Source: Octopus sinensis
Lineage: Eukaryota
Length of the DNA: 64,000 bases
Assembly (NCBI RefSeq): GCF_006345805.1
Contig: NC_043019.1
Location: 8,741,360-8,805,359 of the forward strand
Reading direction: 5' to 3'
A model generated the notes under the pieces. That model saw only the letters and a list, made by a program, of their open reading frames with translations, was not told the DNA's origin and did no database searches. Position numbers and translations under genes: made by a program. This document shows positions 14,566-28,139 of this stretch, in pieces; the first letter of the stretch is position 1; each line of letters opens with the position of its first letter.

Positions 14566-15619
14566 TAACTGTACTACAATAAATCAACATGAACAACAAC
14601 AACGCTATCAACAACAAAATAAGACTATAAACAAAAGTAAAACTGATATACAAAACAAAAGCAAAATTCCGATGTATGAAATTTATACATTGAATTCGTA
14701 TTTTGCTGTTTTTGTTTATCTTTGTTTCAGCTGCCATTAATGCCAAGATACATCACTATTGGCAAACATCTCCCCCCCCACCCTTACAACCGTCCCCCAC
14801 TTTAAAATATCGCTTCATGCAATACGATATTGATTTCATATAAAAACCCGATACTAAGCAGTGTCATCTTTGTTTGACTTCCAACAGCTGATTAGCAATT
14901 TGCTCGGACATAAAAGCAACGACATGCGAACGATGAACGTTCCGACTATTAAATATCATCGAAGGATCAAGAGAGATGTGTAGCTTGGAGGGGGTCCAGT
15001 GTAGGGGAGTTTGTGATGATAAAAGGTATGCAGGAGGAGGACCGGTGGAGAGGAAGGCGGCGCCGAAGGGGAGGTAACTGGTAGGTTACTTGGTAGGGTT
15101 TTCGTTTTTATTTGTAACTTTGTTTAGCGTTTACGAATTTTTCTTTGAAATACAAAAATTTTAGGGTCCTTTTACTTTTATGCTTCATCTTCTTCTTATT
15201 ATTCTTTGTTGCTATTGTTGCTTTCGCTCTTGATAATTTCGTTGTTGATGTTGTTGTTGTTGTTGTTTTAGCTTTTACTGTTGTTAAATTCTGATGTCAT
15301 TAGTTTTTTTAAAGTTTTATTTATATTTTTCATATTTTCCTTTTATTTTAGAAGGCTTCAGAAATGTTTACATTGCTTCTCAAGGAATATGACCACAAGT
15401 TCCTATCAAAAACCCCTAAGCTTTTGAAAGATGTTGTTTTAAGTAAGTAACTAAGTAATAATAATAATAATAATGATGATTATGATGATGATGATGAGAA
15501 GACAAAGAAGAAGAAAGAGAAGGTGGCGGAGGAGAAGGAGGAGAAGAAGCGGAAGCAGAAGAAGAAGAAGAAGAAGAAGAAGAAGAGAAGAAGAAGAAGA
15601 AGAAGAAGAAGAAATTTAT

Positions 15620-15712
15620 CTTATTGGATATAACGGGCAGCACATTGGTGAGAGTGTAAGGGGGTAAAATAAATATACACTAGACGAAAAGCAGTGGGTG
15701 GATGACGTCACA
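15620..15712. promoter_or_regulatory. Full palindromic CRE (TGACGTCA, 15703-15710) with two nearby ATTGG (CCAAT) motifs; duplicated at 16983-16990
   Basis: Exact motifs visible; function untested. Confidence 0.3.
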
Positions 15713-16287
15713 ATATCTGTGCGGACCAAGAAATACTATTACTCATTAATGTATATAACAATAATTTATAAGATGCAGAAAAAATATAGATAAAATACTG
15801 TCCAAAGTGGTTGTAGTGCTATCACATGGGGTCATTCGCTGCACCACTTCACTTGCATGGCCTGAATCACCTGGACAGAGCCAAAGAAAATGTCTTCTAC
15901 CAGTTCCAGCTACCAAACTGTAGCTTTACAGATAATGTCGGTCAATTTAGCAAAACCACTTTCTCCTTTTTCACTCTCGTTTCTTTCTCTCTACTCAAAA
16001 TCCAGGTTGAACGGCACTCGATGCAATGGGACTGTAAGACAACCTTTTGCCATCACCGTTTTCAGTTGCGTCTATTATTGTTGTTGTTGTTGTTGGTATT
16101 GAAGGCGGTAAGCTAGCAGACATGTTACCGAGATGGACAGGTCTACCTTGACTATCATCATTTGGGTTTCGTTTAAATGAGTACCTGTTATGTACAGGGG
16201 TCGATGGAATCGAATTCCCCGTCCACTCAAAAAATGCTGCCCTGCGCAAAAAATTAAAAGAATTATTAATATTATTATTAGTATCAT

Positions 16288-16420
16288 TCAGTAGTTTTAT
16301 TTTTATAGCGTGCTTTCACTTCACTACCGAGCGCAGCTCTGTGTGCCTTGGGTATGTGCTGTGATTTGTTGTGATGCTCTGATGGTTATTGTATGGAAAG
16401 TGTTCTGCGTAGGATGTGTG
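16288..16420 (-). mobile_element. 3' end of an R4/Dong-type LINE (5'-truncated); second copy at about 17575-17707
   Basis: Minus strand encodes HILRRTLSIQ*, typical of the R4/Dong C-terminus (GTAHILR..LS). A short 3'UTR with AATAAA follows and runs into a TAA-rich repeat. Confidence 0.6.
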
Positions 16421-17767
16421 TATTATTATTATTATTGTTGTTGTTTTGTTGTTGTTGTTTTAGCTTTTACTGTTGTTAAATTCTGATGTCATTAGTTTTT
16501 TTAAGTTTTATTTATATTTTTCATATTTTCCTTTTATTTTAGAAGGCTTCAGAAATGTTTACATTGCTTCTCAAGGAATATGACCACAAGTTCCTATCAA
16601 AAACCCCTAAGCTTTTGAAAGATGTTGTTTTAAGTAAGTAACTAAGTAATAATAATAATAATAATAATGATGATTATGATGATGATGATGAGAAGACAAG
16701 AAGAAGAAGAAGAAGAAGAAGAGAAGGTGGCGGAGGAGAAGGAGGAGAAGAAGCGGAAGCAGAAGAAGAAGAAGAAGAAGAAGAAGAAGAAGAAGAGAAG
16801 AAAGAAGAAAGAAGAAGAAGAAGAGAAGAAGAAGAAGAAGAAGAAGAAGAAGAAGAAGAAGAAGAAGAAGAAGAAGAAGAAGAAGAAGAAGAAATTTATC
16901 TTATTGGATATAACGGGCAGCACATTGGTGAGAGTGTAAGGGGGTAAAATAAATATACACTAGACGAAAAGCAGTGGGTGGATGACGTCACAATATCTGT
17001 GCGGACCAAGAAATACTATTACTCATTAATGTATATAACAATAATTTATAAGATGCAGAAAAAATATAGATAAAATACTGTCCAAAGTGGTTGTAGTGCT
17101 ATCACATGGGGTCATTCGCTGCACCACTTCACTTACATGGCCTGAATCACCTGGACAGAGCCAAGAACAAAGAAAATGTCTTCTACCAGTTCCAGCTACC
17201 AAACTGTAGCTTTACAGATAATGTCGGTCAATTTAGCAAAACCACTTTCTCCTTTTTCACTCTCGTTTCTTTCTCTCTACTCAAAATCCAGGTTGAACGG
17301 CACTCGATGCAATGGGACTGTAAAGACAACCTTTTGCCATCACCGTTTTCAGTTGCGTCTATTATTGTTGTTGTTGTTGTTGGTATTGAAGGCGGTAAGC
17401 TAGCAGACATGTTACCGAGATGGACAGGTCTACCTTGACTATCATCATTTGGGTTTCGTTTAAATGAGTACCTGTTATGTACAGGGGTCGATGGAATCGA
17501 ATTCCCCGTCCACTCAAAAAATGCTGCCCTGCGCAAAAAATTAAAAGAATTATTAATATTATTATTAGTATCATTCAGTAGTTTTATTTTTATAGCGTGC
17601 TTTCACTTCACTACCGAGCGCAGCTCTGTGTGCCTTGGGTATGTGCTGTGATTTGTTGTGATGCTCTGATGGTTATTGTATGGAAAGTGTTCTGCGTAGG
17701 ATGTGTGTATTATTATTATTATTGTTGTTGTTGTTGTTGTTGTTGTTGTTATTATTATTATTATTAT

Positions 17768-17822
<55 letters not shown>

Positions 17823-18477
17823 TCATTTTCATCCTTTGACGCGCCAAGCCGGCATTTCTTGACAGCCGCCAATGACCAAGCGACAGTGAAAGCATCTTAA
17901 ATGAAATAAATGCAAAAAACAATGTCTCAGAAGATTGCGTCTGCTTCGCGTTGGCATCGATGACCGAAGCTGCCAAAGATTTTAAATCTGCAAACACAAC
18001 CACAGACAGACATCCACATAGAAACACACAAACACACACACGTAGAGAGATGCACTCATATACAGGCATACACACACATGCACACACAAAAGCACGCATA
18101 GATACGCACAGACATAACTGTATGTATATATATACATATATGAACCTAAAGACACCTACACACAAGAATGTACAAGGACAAGTAAAGATAGATAGATAGA
18201 TAGATATACAAATAGATAGATAGAAAGAGAGAAAGAAAGAGACATGTACGTGTATATATAAGTATTGTATATGGTATATATATTTACAAAATGAGCATTA
18301 TTTATACATATATATGCATTGCATACATACATGGATACATACACACACAAGCACACACGCATACATTGTTACGTGCATTATTTACGTATCTGAATATTGT
18401 TGTATACATAATCATATTTATCTATCAATCCATCTGTTTGCCCATCTATCTACCTATCTACCTGTTTATCTCTCTTT

Positions 18478-18597
<120 letters not shown>

Positions 18598-18619
18598 GTA
18601 TATATATGTGTATACGTAC

Positions 18620-18667
<48 letters not shown>

Positions 18668-18679
18668 CACACACACACA

Positions 18680-19130
18680 TGGTGCAGTGAGTAAAGTGTC
18701 ACCATTATGTATTTTAATTACACGCATGTGCATTGTTCTTGCTTTTATCGGCTACACAGCATATTAGGGTCAGTTGGGTACCGTCTTTGAGAAAAAGAGT
18801 ATGCTGTCGGAATTCTCTTTGCCAGAAATTTTGAAATGACATGCTGTCCTGCGTGGCACTTGCGCCGGAAGCTCCAATACGAACATGTAGCGAGAATGAT
18901 AACAATCAAATTATCCTGTCAACATCATGGTGTTTCGGGTGATCACTTGTGATGGCGTGGTTATGCCTCCATTCATCTTAACACGCGGCCTCCGAATCAA
19001 CACAGAGGCCCACATCAAGTGCCTCGAGGAGGTAGTGCTGCCCTGGGTCAAGAGGGTGGCTGCTGGAAAACTGTATATCTGGCAACAGGACTGTGCAACA
19101 TACCACACAAGCAGGAGAACCCAGTCATAA
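18680..19130 (+). mobile_element. Tc1/mariner-superfamily DNA transposon remnant (internally deleted transposase)
   Basis: ORF 18927-19130: MVFRVITCDGVVMPPFI...LEEVVLPWV...YIWQQDCATYHTS, the DDE/D catalytic-domain segment with the QQD.A..H motif. Truncated by a stop and a microsatellite. Confidence 0.85.
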
Positions 19131-20675
19131 TTATATACAGAGAGAGAGAGAGAGAGATGATGATGAACAGGTGGATATGTATGCATATATATATATATAT
19201 ATATATACATACACACACACACATGCATACTATACAGACATGCTCTTTATATGTAAATAAATACCAAACTTCAATTCCTCGGTCTTTAGTTTCTAGTGCC
19301 CAAGACTCTTTAGCGACCAATTAATTGAATGGTAAGCTTGATGAAAAATGCATTATAGACTCATCCGTTTATACACATTGATACATATTCTCATACCATT
19401 AATCAATAGCACTTACATACATGCACACGCATCACATACACAATGCGTCACATACACAAACACATATCCTCACATATACATGCGTATAGTCATACCTCCA
19501 TCGGCCCAAAACATATACACATTCACGCCCGTACACACTTGCACACAGTCACGCAAACTAACTCCCTCATAAACGCATTCATACTCTTGTAAATGTGTAG
19601 ATCGATATACATACACATTCCTTCATTTATAACAAAAATTGCTGCTAAAAATGTAAACAAACGTTTTCTGAAAGGAAATTTTCATGAGAATATTTGGTTT
19701 TCATGAAGACAGATTTCACCCCCACCTCATTGCGCGCGCGTGTGTGTGTGTGGGTGTACGTCTTTGGTTGTGCCACTGTGCGTGTGTGTGTGCATACACA
19801 CAAACACACATATATATATATATGTATATATACCGTCTTCAATGAGTGTTTGCACATGAATGCGTGTATATGTGTACGTGTAGTTAGCTCCATTTCCATG
19901 TGTGAGTATGTGCTTGTTTCTCTTATACTGTGTGTGTTTGTGTGTATTTTGTGTGTGTGTGTGTGTGTGTGTACATAAATGTTTAGCCTGTTTTGTGTAT
20001 TTTCGATATGGCGATAAGGACGTTTATGTGTGCGTATTTGCATTTGTGTTAAAGCGTTTGGGGGAAATTGCATGGGACCGTGGGCAAATCGTGTGTGTGA
20101 GTATATGCGCGCGTGTGAGTGAGTATGTGCGTGTGTGTTTGTGTCTGTATTTGTATTGGTGAGTGTGTGTCTCTCTGTGCCATGTGTTTATGGCATATTT
20201 CTCAAGCTTCGTGTATCTGTGTGTTTCTGCGTGTGTCTGCGTGTGTCTGCGTATCTGCATGCTTACATCAATGTATGTGTATATACATGTGTCGCTGTGT
20301 GTTTGAGTGTGTGTGTATTTATATATTTGTTTGTGCTTGTGTTTACGGAGGTTCATAAGTCTATACGTTTGTGTTTAATGTCTTGCATGTATGTGTGTGT
20401 GTGTGTGTGCACGTATGTCAGTGTGTGTGCCGTGTGTATGCATTTGTCGTGTGTGTGTGTATCGCTTGTCTTTATTTATTTTGTTATTTTTACCCCCATT
20501 AACATTCATTAGTTATAATAGCAAATATTATGGAACGAAATAAAACGAAATGGAACAGACAAAAACAACATCAACAACAACAACACCAACAACAATAATG
20601 ATAACAATAATAATAACAATGATAACAGTAATGATGTACGACGTGTCAAACAGCAAATACAACTAGTTGTACTAA

Positions 20676-20709
<34 letters not shown>

Positions 20710-20829
20710 ATCATAACGGCCACAATGGCTGCTTGTAGAAATAATGGTTGTAATTGAATGAAAAGAAGGTGAAATGGAAAAGTCATCAGCCGTAAGAAAG
20801 GGACCAGCAGCATCATACACAGCCCCCAC

Positions 20830-20837
20830 TGACGTCA
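20830..20837. promoter_or_regulatory. Full palindromic CRE TGACGTCA
   Basis: Exact 8-mer; function untested. Confidence 0.25.
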
Positions 20838-20969
20838 CAGCAACAGGCTGCTGCTGCTGTTGCCGCCGCTGCCACTACTGCTACTACTACTGCTACTACT
20901 ACTACTACTACTAATAATAATAATAATAATGATAATAATAATAATAATAATAATTACAACAAAAATAAT

Positions 20970-21180
20970 CCCTTCTACTATAGGCACAAGGCCTGAAATT
21001 TTGTGGGGCGGAGCTAGTCGATTATATTGACTCCGGGACGTAGCAGGTACTTAATTTATCGATCCCGAAAGGATAAAAGGCAAGGTCGACTTCAGCGAAA
21101 GTTGAACTCAGAACGTCAAGGCGGAAGAAATACCGCTAAGCATTTCGCCCGGCGTGCTAACGTTTCTGCCAGCTCGCCGC
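20970..21180 (-). mobile_element. SINE family A, full length (tail variant 1)
   Basis: Reverse complement of the family A head, core and tail; inserted in an (AAT)n tract. Confidence 0.85.
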
Positions 21181-22769
21181 TTTAATAATAATGATAATGA
21201 TGATGATGATGATGATGATAACAATACTAATAATAATAATAATAATAATAATAATGATAATAATAATAATAACGGTTTCATATTTTGGCGAAAGGCCAGC
21301 AAATTGTGGGGGAGGGTAGAAATCGATTACATATACCCCAGTGGACATAAGGAAAGGCGACGTCGACCTCAGCAGAATTTGAACTCAGAGTTTTCATTAT
21401 GATAATGATGATGACGCGGCCGACGACGACGACGATGATGATGATGATGACGACGATAAAATGCATGTACACAGGAAATGAAAGAAATAAAGAAACAAAT
21501 ATTCAAACAGGCGGGAAATGTGGCATTTAATAGCATCTCCTGGAAATTCCATACAGCAAGTGCATGTATCCTGACAACTAGGGCATGTGCCTTCTCCGTA
21601 TCGTTATTACACAGTGCGGAAGTACTGGACAGGTGCGTGCAGAACAGAAACGATGTTGCAGGTAAATTAGGCGGGACCATCTGATGGCAGTTGCGTGCCT
21701 GTAGTGTTCATTTCGATCCGTCAATGATCGCCAGAAGCAGACCAAGAATCTGGAATTATTGATGGGTTCCTTGCCGAAACTATTCCAAAACATTCCAGCG
21801 AGACGATTGCCGTTGACGTCCAGAATTTCACGTGGACGTCCTCGTTCTTGGATAAAATTAATCTTCGATAGAAGGTAAAATTATTAGTATTGTTGATGCT
21901 GTTGTTGTTGTTGCTATGGATGATGATGATGATGATGATGTTATTGTTGTTGTTGCTGTTGCTGCCGCTGTTGTTGAAAACTGTGACTTCGCTATGTAGT
22001 ATTAAAAATCGTATCTGATATTCGTGGATTAAGGTTTATTAACTTCGTCCAGATTTCCAGATCTCCGTGGAGGATTCTTGTAGTTGGAAGCCATATTGTC
22101 GCCTAGATCCTCCATCTTTACGTTTATTTCCATCTTTTCTGCTCAGTTTATAAATTTCATACAAATAATCCTCAAATCTCCAACAACAACAGTTAAACGC
22201 ATGATATTCACTTTCTTCAATGACTCGTCCTTTTTCGAAACCCTGTCATCATTCAGTCTCGCTGACAGCATTTTGGTTGCTGTTGGAAGTACACCAATTA
22301 CTAAAAGAGGAATTCTTGTCTTAGACTTTCACAGTCTTCCCTCAGGCTGGAACCTGTTGTTTCTTAATTTTTAAATTTCATCGGTTTCGACTCCCTTGTC
22401 AGAGGGAATTGCAATATCTTACAATTACTATTCTTTTTTTTTTTGCCCTCTATAATCGTATGTGGTCTCCTTGCTTCAATGGTATGGTAAATCCTAATGG
22501 AGTAGCTCTTTGTAAATGTCATACAATACATTCTGGTTCGTGTTCTTACCAATTTTCTGCTAACATCGCGATGCACTTTATTCGATTTGAGTTTTGTCGA
22601 ACCGAGTACAGAAATGTTATTTTATTATATCGACCCTGCAAGGATCGATATAACTACAGCACGATTTGAACTCTGTCACAAAGAGGTATTTTGCAACTAA
22701 GCGCTGCAAGACATTTTCTCCGAAGCCATACAGTATCTGTTGGTTATTATTATCAATATTAACAATAAA

Positions 22770-22907
22770 AGTAGTAATAGTAGCAGTGGTACTACTACTG
22801 CTACTATTACTACTGCTGCTGCTGCTGCTGCTACTACAACTACTACTACTACTGCTACTACTACTACTACTACTAATAAAAATGATGGTGATGGTGATGG
22901 TGATGAA

Positions 22908-22942
<35 letters not shown>

Positions 22943-23070
22943 GAAGAAGAAGAAGAAGAAGAGAAGAAGAAGAAGAAGAAGAAGAAGAAGAAGATGATGA
23001 TGATGATGAGATGATGATGATGATGATGATGATTATGACGATGATGAAAAGAAGAAGAAAAGAAGGCGAA
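22770..23070. repeat. Compound (TAC/TGC/GAT/GAA)n trinucleotide repeats
   Basis: Directly visible. Confidence 0.95.
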
Positions 23071-23308
23071 GAGGATTTTATGATTCTTGTGTTTGTTGTT
23101 GTAATTATTGTTGTTGTTTCTTTAGTAGCCGCAAGGGCTCTTAAAACATAACATGAGGTAATAAAAGAGAAAAAAAAATACACAAGATTCAAAAAAGGGA
23201 AAATAAATTGACAAAGAATGAAATTGAAAAAAAAATTTGAAACAAAATTATGAAACATTAAATTAAATTCATATTATTATTATTTTCCTATGTAAATAAC
23301 AACATCAA

Positions 23309-23346
<38 letters not shown>

Positions 23347-23750
23347 CGAGAAGAAATATGCGAAGAAGAAGAAGTAGAAGAATTAGAAAAGTGTTGATGA
23401 AGGGAATTTGAGAAGATGAGAAAACAGAGGAAGACAAACATATCAAGATAGAGCCATTGTGTGTGTGTGTGTGTGTGTGGTGTGTGTGTGTGTGCTAAGA
23501 TATGATAATATGAGATATGAAGAGAAGAATGGCAAGCATATTGCGCGTGGGTGTGGGTGTTCGTGTGTGTTTGTATTGGCTTGTGTTTGTGTTTTATTTG
23601 TTTTAGTTTGAATGACTTTGTTATTATTTGTGGTTGTTGCTTTTATTTTTATCTAAATTCAATTAGTTTGTTGTCGGATGTATGACATAATAATGGAAAA
23701 ATAATCAAGAGACGTAATTACATGAGAGATACAAGTCTTCAGATTAAGGA

Positions 23751-23790
<40 letters not shown>

Positions 23791-24244
23791 CAGACAGACA
23801 GACTGAGAACACAGAGAGAGAGGATGAAGAACATGACAGAAGGAGTAAGAGAAAAATGACATAGAAAATGAATGAGTGAGTGAGTGGGTGAGTGAGTGAA
23901 TGAGTGAGTGTGCGTGTGTGAGTGTGTGTGTGAGAGGGAGAGAGAAAGAGAGCAAGCGAGTGAGTGAACTGAAGACAATAATAAAACTACAAAATATTTT
24001 TGTGTCAAAACGAAATGAATGTTTAAAAAAAAAAAAAGAAATCAAATTTCGCAATAAAACCAAAAGTGCATTTACATTCTCGAAATGAAGAATATCTGGA
24101 TACAAGGCGCGAAGACGGCGGTTTCGGTGGGTGCGAAGTTGTTGGAGAATCAAATAAGGGAATAATTAAAGAATAGAATAAATGACAGAAAAATGTCCAC
24201 TGCTGGTAAATTTCTTCAATTCCGTACATTTAATATTGGAACAG

Positions 24245-24435
24245 TTGGGTGAGGGGGGTTTGAAAGTCAGTTGATTTTATCGACCCGACTTATCAACTGG
24301 TATTTATTTTATAGACACTGTAAGGATGAAAGCTAAAGTCTACCACGACGTATTTTGAACTTAACACGTAAAATTGGGAAATGTGTCGCTCCGCTCTTTG
24401 TCTGTCGTGCAAATGGATCTGCCACCTTGCCGCTT
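24245..24435 (-). mobile_element. SINE family A, degenerate
   Basis: ATCGACCC..ACTGGTATTTATTTTATAGAC..AAGGATGAAAGCTAAAGTC..TTTGAACT matches the reverse complement of the family A core. Confidence 0.65.
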
Positions 24436-24629
24436 TGTCTTTAACAAAATATAATAAATATTTTGATAGCAGAATCCCTAGGTTTATAGACAGGGTGCAT
24501 TTTATTTTCTGGAGGCCAGTACTTCACTTCTTCTCTAAACTCTTAAACCTCACCTTTTTAAATTTCAAATCTCTATTATCCCTATACATTGTTCATACTC
24601 ATTTAGTCTTTGTAGTCACAACAGACAAA

Positions 24630-25035
24630 CCAATTGGGTGAAATGTACGGAGTCACTCTACTGGAGTGAATTAATTGTCACATCACTCTTGAATCATGCT
24701 TAATGTCTTCAGAATCAAAAGAAAATATTATGTGATGTATTCCTCTTCAAAGGCATAATGATCTTAGCATGGACAACATGTTTGATCATAGGTCTGTTCT
24801 GACAGCATTGATCTGAGACCAAATAACAGCCACAGCATTCACAGCATAAGAACTAATGATGTAACCTGGATCTAGTTGCACGACCTCTGAGAGATGGCGG
24901 TCGACCTTCTCTTGAATCACACTCAAAATAACGGATAATATTCCTTTCATTTCTCTGGTCTAAGATTGTCATGACTGAAATATCTTTGATGAAAAGTCTG
25001 CCTGATCTGGGCTAAGAAATTGCAACAACAATACT
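24630..25035 (+). repeat. Two decayed copies of an unclassified retro-repeat ending in a CAA-rich tail; also at about 51720-52115
   Basis: Shared 3' motif GATGGTCACG..TGGAA..TTTGATCATAGGTCTGCT..TGA.CTG.G.CTAA..CAACAAC, recognisable in four diverged copies. Confidence 0.45.
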
Positions 25036-26249
25036 ATTCACAATAGACCACCACGGAACAGACCATCACATCATTGGCCAGGCATTGAAACTCTGTCACG
25101 ATATCAGCTCGTCAGAAGATCGCATCCTGACTTTATAGCTTGATGCATGAGCCAACGAAAACTTTGCACGAGAAAACAAGTGAATGTGTATATAAGCAAA
25201 CATGACGGTTTACACTCGGGGATCAGGGCGTCCATGTTAGTTACTATATGGGGCGTATGATTCAACACGTGAGTCTTAATATGATCCATCAAGTAAGTCT
25301 GCTGTGAGTCAACTAGAGAACCTATTTAACGAATTTCTTTATGAGTCAACAAGAAGGATATGTGTATGAATCAGCAAGAGAGTCTGCATATGTATGAGAA
25401 AGGATGTCTGAGAATTAGCAAGGGACTCTGAATATGAAGCAACAAGTGTGTCTATGGAATGAAATTTGTTTATAAGGCAAAAAGTACGGCCTTATAAACA
25501 AATGTGGAGTCTTAAGAAAGCGAGAGGTGAGTGTGTTTATAAGGCAAAATTATTGTCTGTATGAAAGAACGAAATTGTGGATGATCCAGCAAAAGAATTT
25601 CAATTCAATGAAATAAGAAACTTTCTATGTGGTCGTAATATCTCTTAGACATAGCAACCAATTACCATTATAACTAACATATAAAAAAATGAAGGCAACA
25701 TTGTGTATTATTGTTCTCGATTTACTACCGTAAAAATGTGAAAAAATAAACAAAATAGTATAAAGCAGAAAATATGGGATAACTCTTGCCTGAAATCTTT
25801 ATATATATCTGCTCAATCAGGTGTGATCCGTTGCTAAACAACGACAGCAATATTCTCACACCCTTGTTAGTTCATTATCAGGCAAGTGACAATGGTGTAT
25901 TATTAATTTACCATTTTTTGGAATCCTGTATATTCGCATCTTCTTTGGAATTAGCTTCGTTTTCTTAATTACTTCCATTGCCTAATTCCTGAAAACTGCC
26001 TTTCGATTAATTTTTACACATTCTTGGAAACAATTTCTTTTAATCCCTCAGCTATTATTTCTAAATATAGTTTGTCTCCATAAGATTGAAACGAACATCT
26101 TTTTCTGTATAAATAAACTCAAAATAATCCGTAATGCTACTATGTTATTCTGAAGTTTAAACAAACCGAAGCTGCTCCAATACTCTTGAAAATTACTTTA
26201 AGAATATATTTATATTTTTCGAATTAAGTTATGTTCTAATATAATCTTT

Positions 26250-26371
26250 ACTACTCTAGGCATAAGGCCCGAAATTAATTTTGGGGAAGGGAGCCAGTCG
26301 ATTAGATCGACCCTAATACGTAACTGGTACTTAATTTATCGACCCCAAAACGATAAAAGGCAAGGTCGACG
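26250..26371 (-). mobile_element. SINE family A, 3' half
   Basis: AGGCATAAGGCCCGAAATT..AGCCAGTCGATTAGATCGACCC..ACTGGTACTTAATTTATCGACCCC..AAAGGCAAGGTCGAC. Confidence 0.8.
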
Positions 26372-27075
26372 TTCTATACTAATATAACAGAATTTAAAAA
26401 TGCGAGGAACCAGCAGTTGTCACATGATTAAATATAATATTTCATATTTTGTCAAATATTGAATGAGAAAAGTTAATAACCAAACCGAGATCTCATCGAG
26501 ATGCACCATAAATGGTCACTATTTTCAGACAGAGTCTGCGTGTTTCATTTAATCTTTCAGTAATAGTGATATCGTGATTAGGATATCTACAATCATATTA
26601 TACGAAATATATCAATATGAAAGAGTATCCGTGTCAGTATGTATTTGAATGATCTCTGTGGACGCCTTACATTCATTTATGGAAAGAAAAATTCTACACA
26701 TAGGGGTTTGTTACGCTACGAAGCAAAATCGTTTTGAAACTCAATAACCACTTCTAATCACCAAGGTTTTGCTACATTTTTGCTGCAAGATTGAAATCAA
26801 TGTTTATATATATTTAACTATATATATATATATTTAACTATAACTATTGCCAATTAATTTCAATCATAGGACATCATGCGATGTATAATTTCTTCATTAA
26901 TTATAGCAGGGACCGATTTCAGAAAGACTAGGTTCCTATTTCTAGCAGCTCAAGACACAACGTAGAATATCTCTCATTTGGTTCTTTTCTTTCACATGAA
27001 ATATTTTTTTGATGAAATACTCAATAATTCATCTTCAAATGTTCACTTACATCGAATTAAAACATTGCTTCATTC

Positions 27076-27174
<99 letters not shown>

Positions 27175-27208
27175 GATAGATAGATAGATAGATATAAATA
27201 AATATATA

Positions 27209-27246
<38 letters not shown>

Positions 27247-27254
27247 CTATATAT

Positions 27255-27420
27255 AAAAAATTAACAGAATGAGATAAAAATTCAAGGCTGTGAAAGATTT
27301 CAGAACGTTTATAAAGAGATCTTACAGCTGTTTCCGGGATATTTTATATATCTCTTCTCCGGAGACGGTGCGAGGAAAAGATTAAGCAATAATTATTCTA
27401 GATAAGATATGAAATTGAGA
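27255..27420 (-). mobile_element. Probable decayed Penelope-like terminal repeat with a hammerhead remnant
   Basis: Minus strand: ..GATAT..ATATCCC-GGAAAC-AGCT-GTA-AGA. The GAAAC/palindromic stem III/GTA part is intact and the CTGANGA core is mutated. Abuts (AT)n. Confidence 0.4.
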
Positions 27421-27923
27421 GTGAAGTGGAGGAATGAAAATAGACGTGAGATATGCAGGGATATTGTATCTACAGTTCCATTATTTAAGCAGAATGGTAT
27501 ACATATAAGTTTCTTGTACCTTGTGTGTAAGTTCCAATAGTATTTAAGAGTGGTCGTTCCAAGCATAGAGTTTGTAAACGGTGTTATTGGATCGAGGGCT
27601 TTTTGAAGTGACTTAAAAGTTGGGAATGTGTTTGTGAGGTCAGATCAAAAACAGGAAGAGAGGTAAAAAAAAAAAGCGGGGAGAGAAATAAAGAGAGGGA
27701 AAGTGTACTGGCTAGGCATTTACACACATCAAAACATACATACGAATATAAAACAGATGTATGTTACCTGCAATCCAGTATAAACACACACATTTATACC
27801 TAAGTTTTACATAAATAAACATTCTTGCATACATAGAGGCATGCATGTAGGCTTGCACGGGCGTATAATTGTGTACACAAACAGAGTCATATATACATAT
27901 ATATATATGTTTATCTATATACA

Positions 27924-27997
<74 letters not shown>

Positions 27998-28001
27998 ACT
28001 A

Positions 28002-28073
<72 letters not shown>

Positions 28074-28139
28074 GATATATATATATAATATATATATATA
28101 AAGAACTCACGCATACATATGTACATACGTGGAAAAAGA

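Larger units (their letters stand above)
15250..17740. repeat. Direct tandem duplication, two ~1.2-1.3 kb copies (about 15250-16445 and 16446-17740)
   Basis: Near-identical unique sequence (TAGCTTTTACTGTTG at 15269 and 16461). The copies differ mainly in (AAG)n length, a 6-bp indel and a 1-bp indel. Junctions lie in (GTT)n. Confidence 0.95.

Noticed and set aside
20509-20838. 109-aa minus-strand ORF with a Leu-rich TM-like stretch
   Set aside because: GTG start; the Leu and Ser runs come from (AAT/CAA/GCT)n; no recognisable family.
21480-22140. Cys-rich and Asn-rich reading frames in a GC-richer unique block
   Set aside because: The frames translated are broken by stops or lack a start and show no known motif. 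Kept only as part of the possible non-coding domain.
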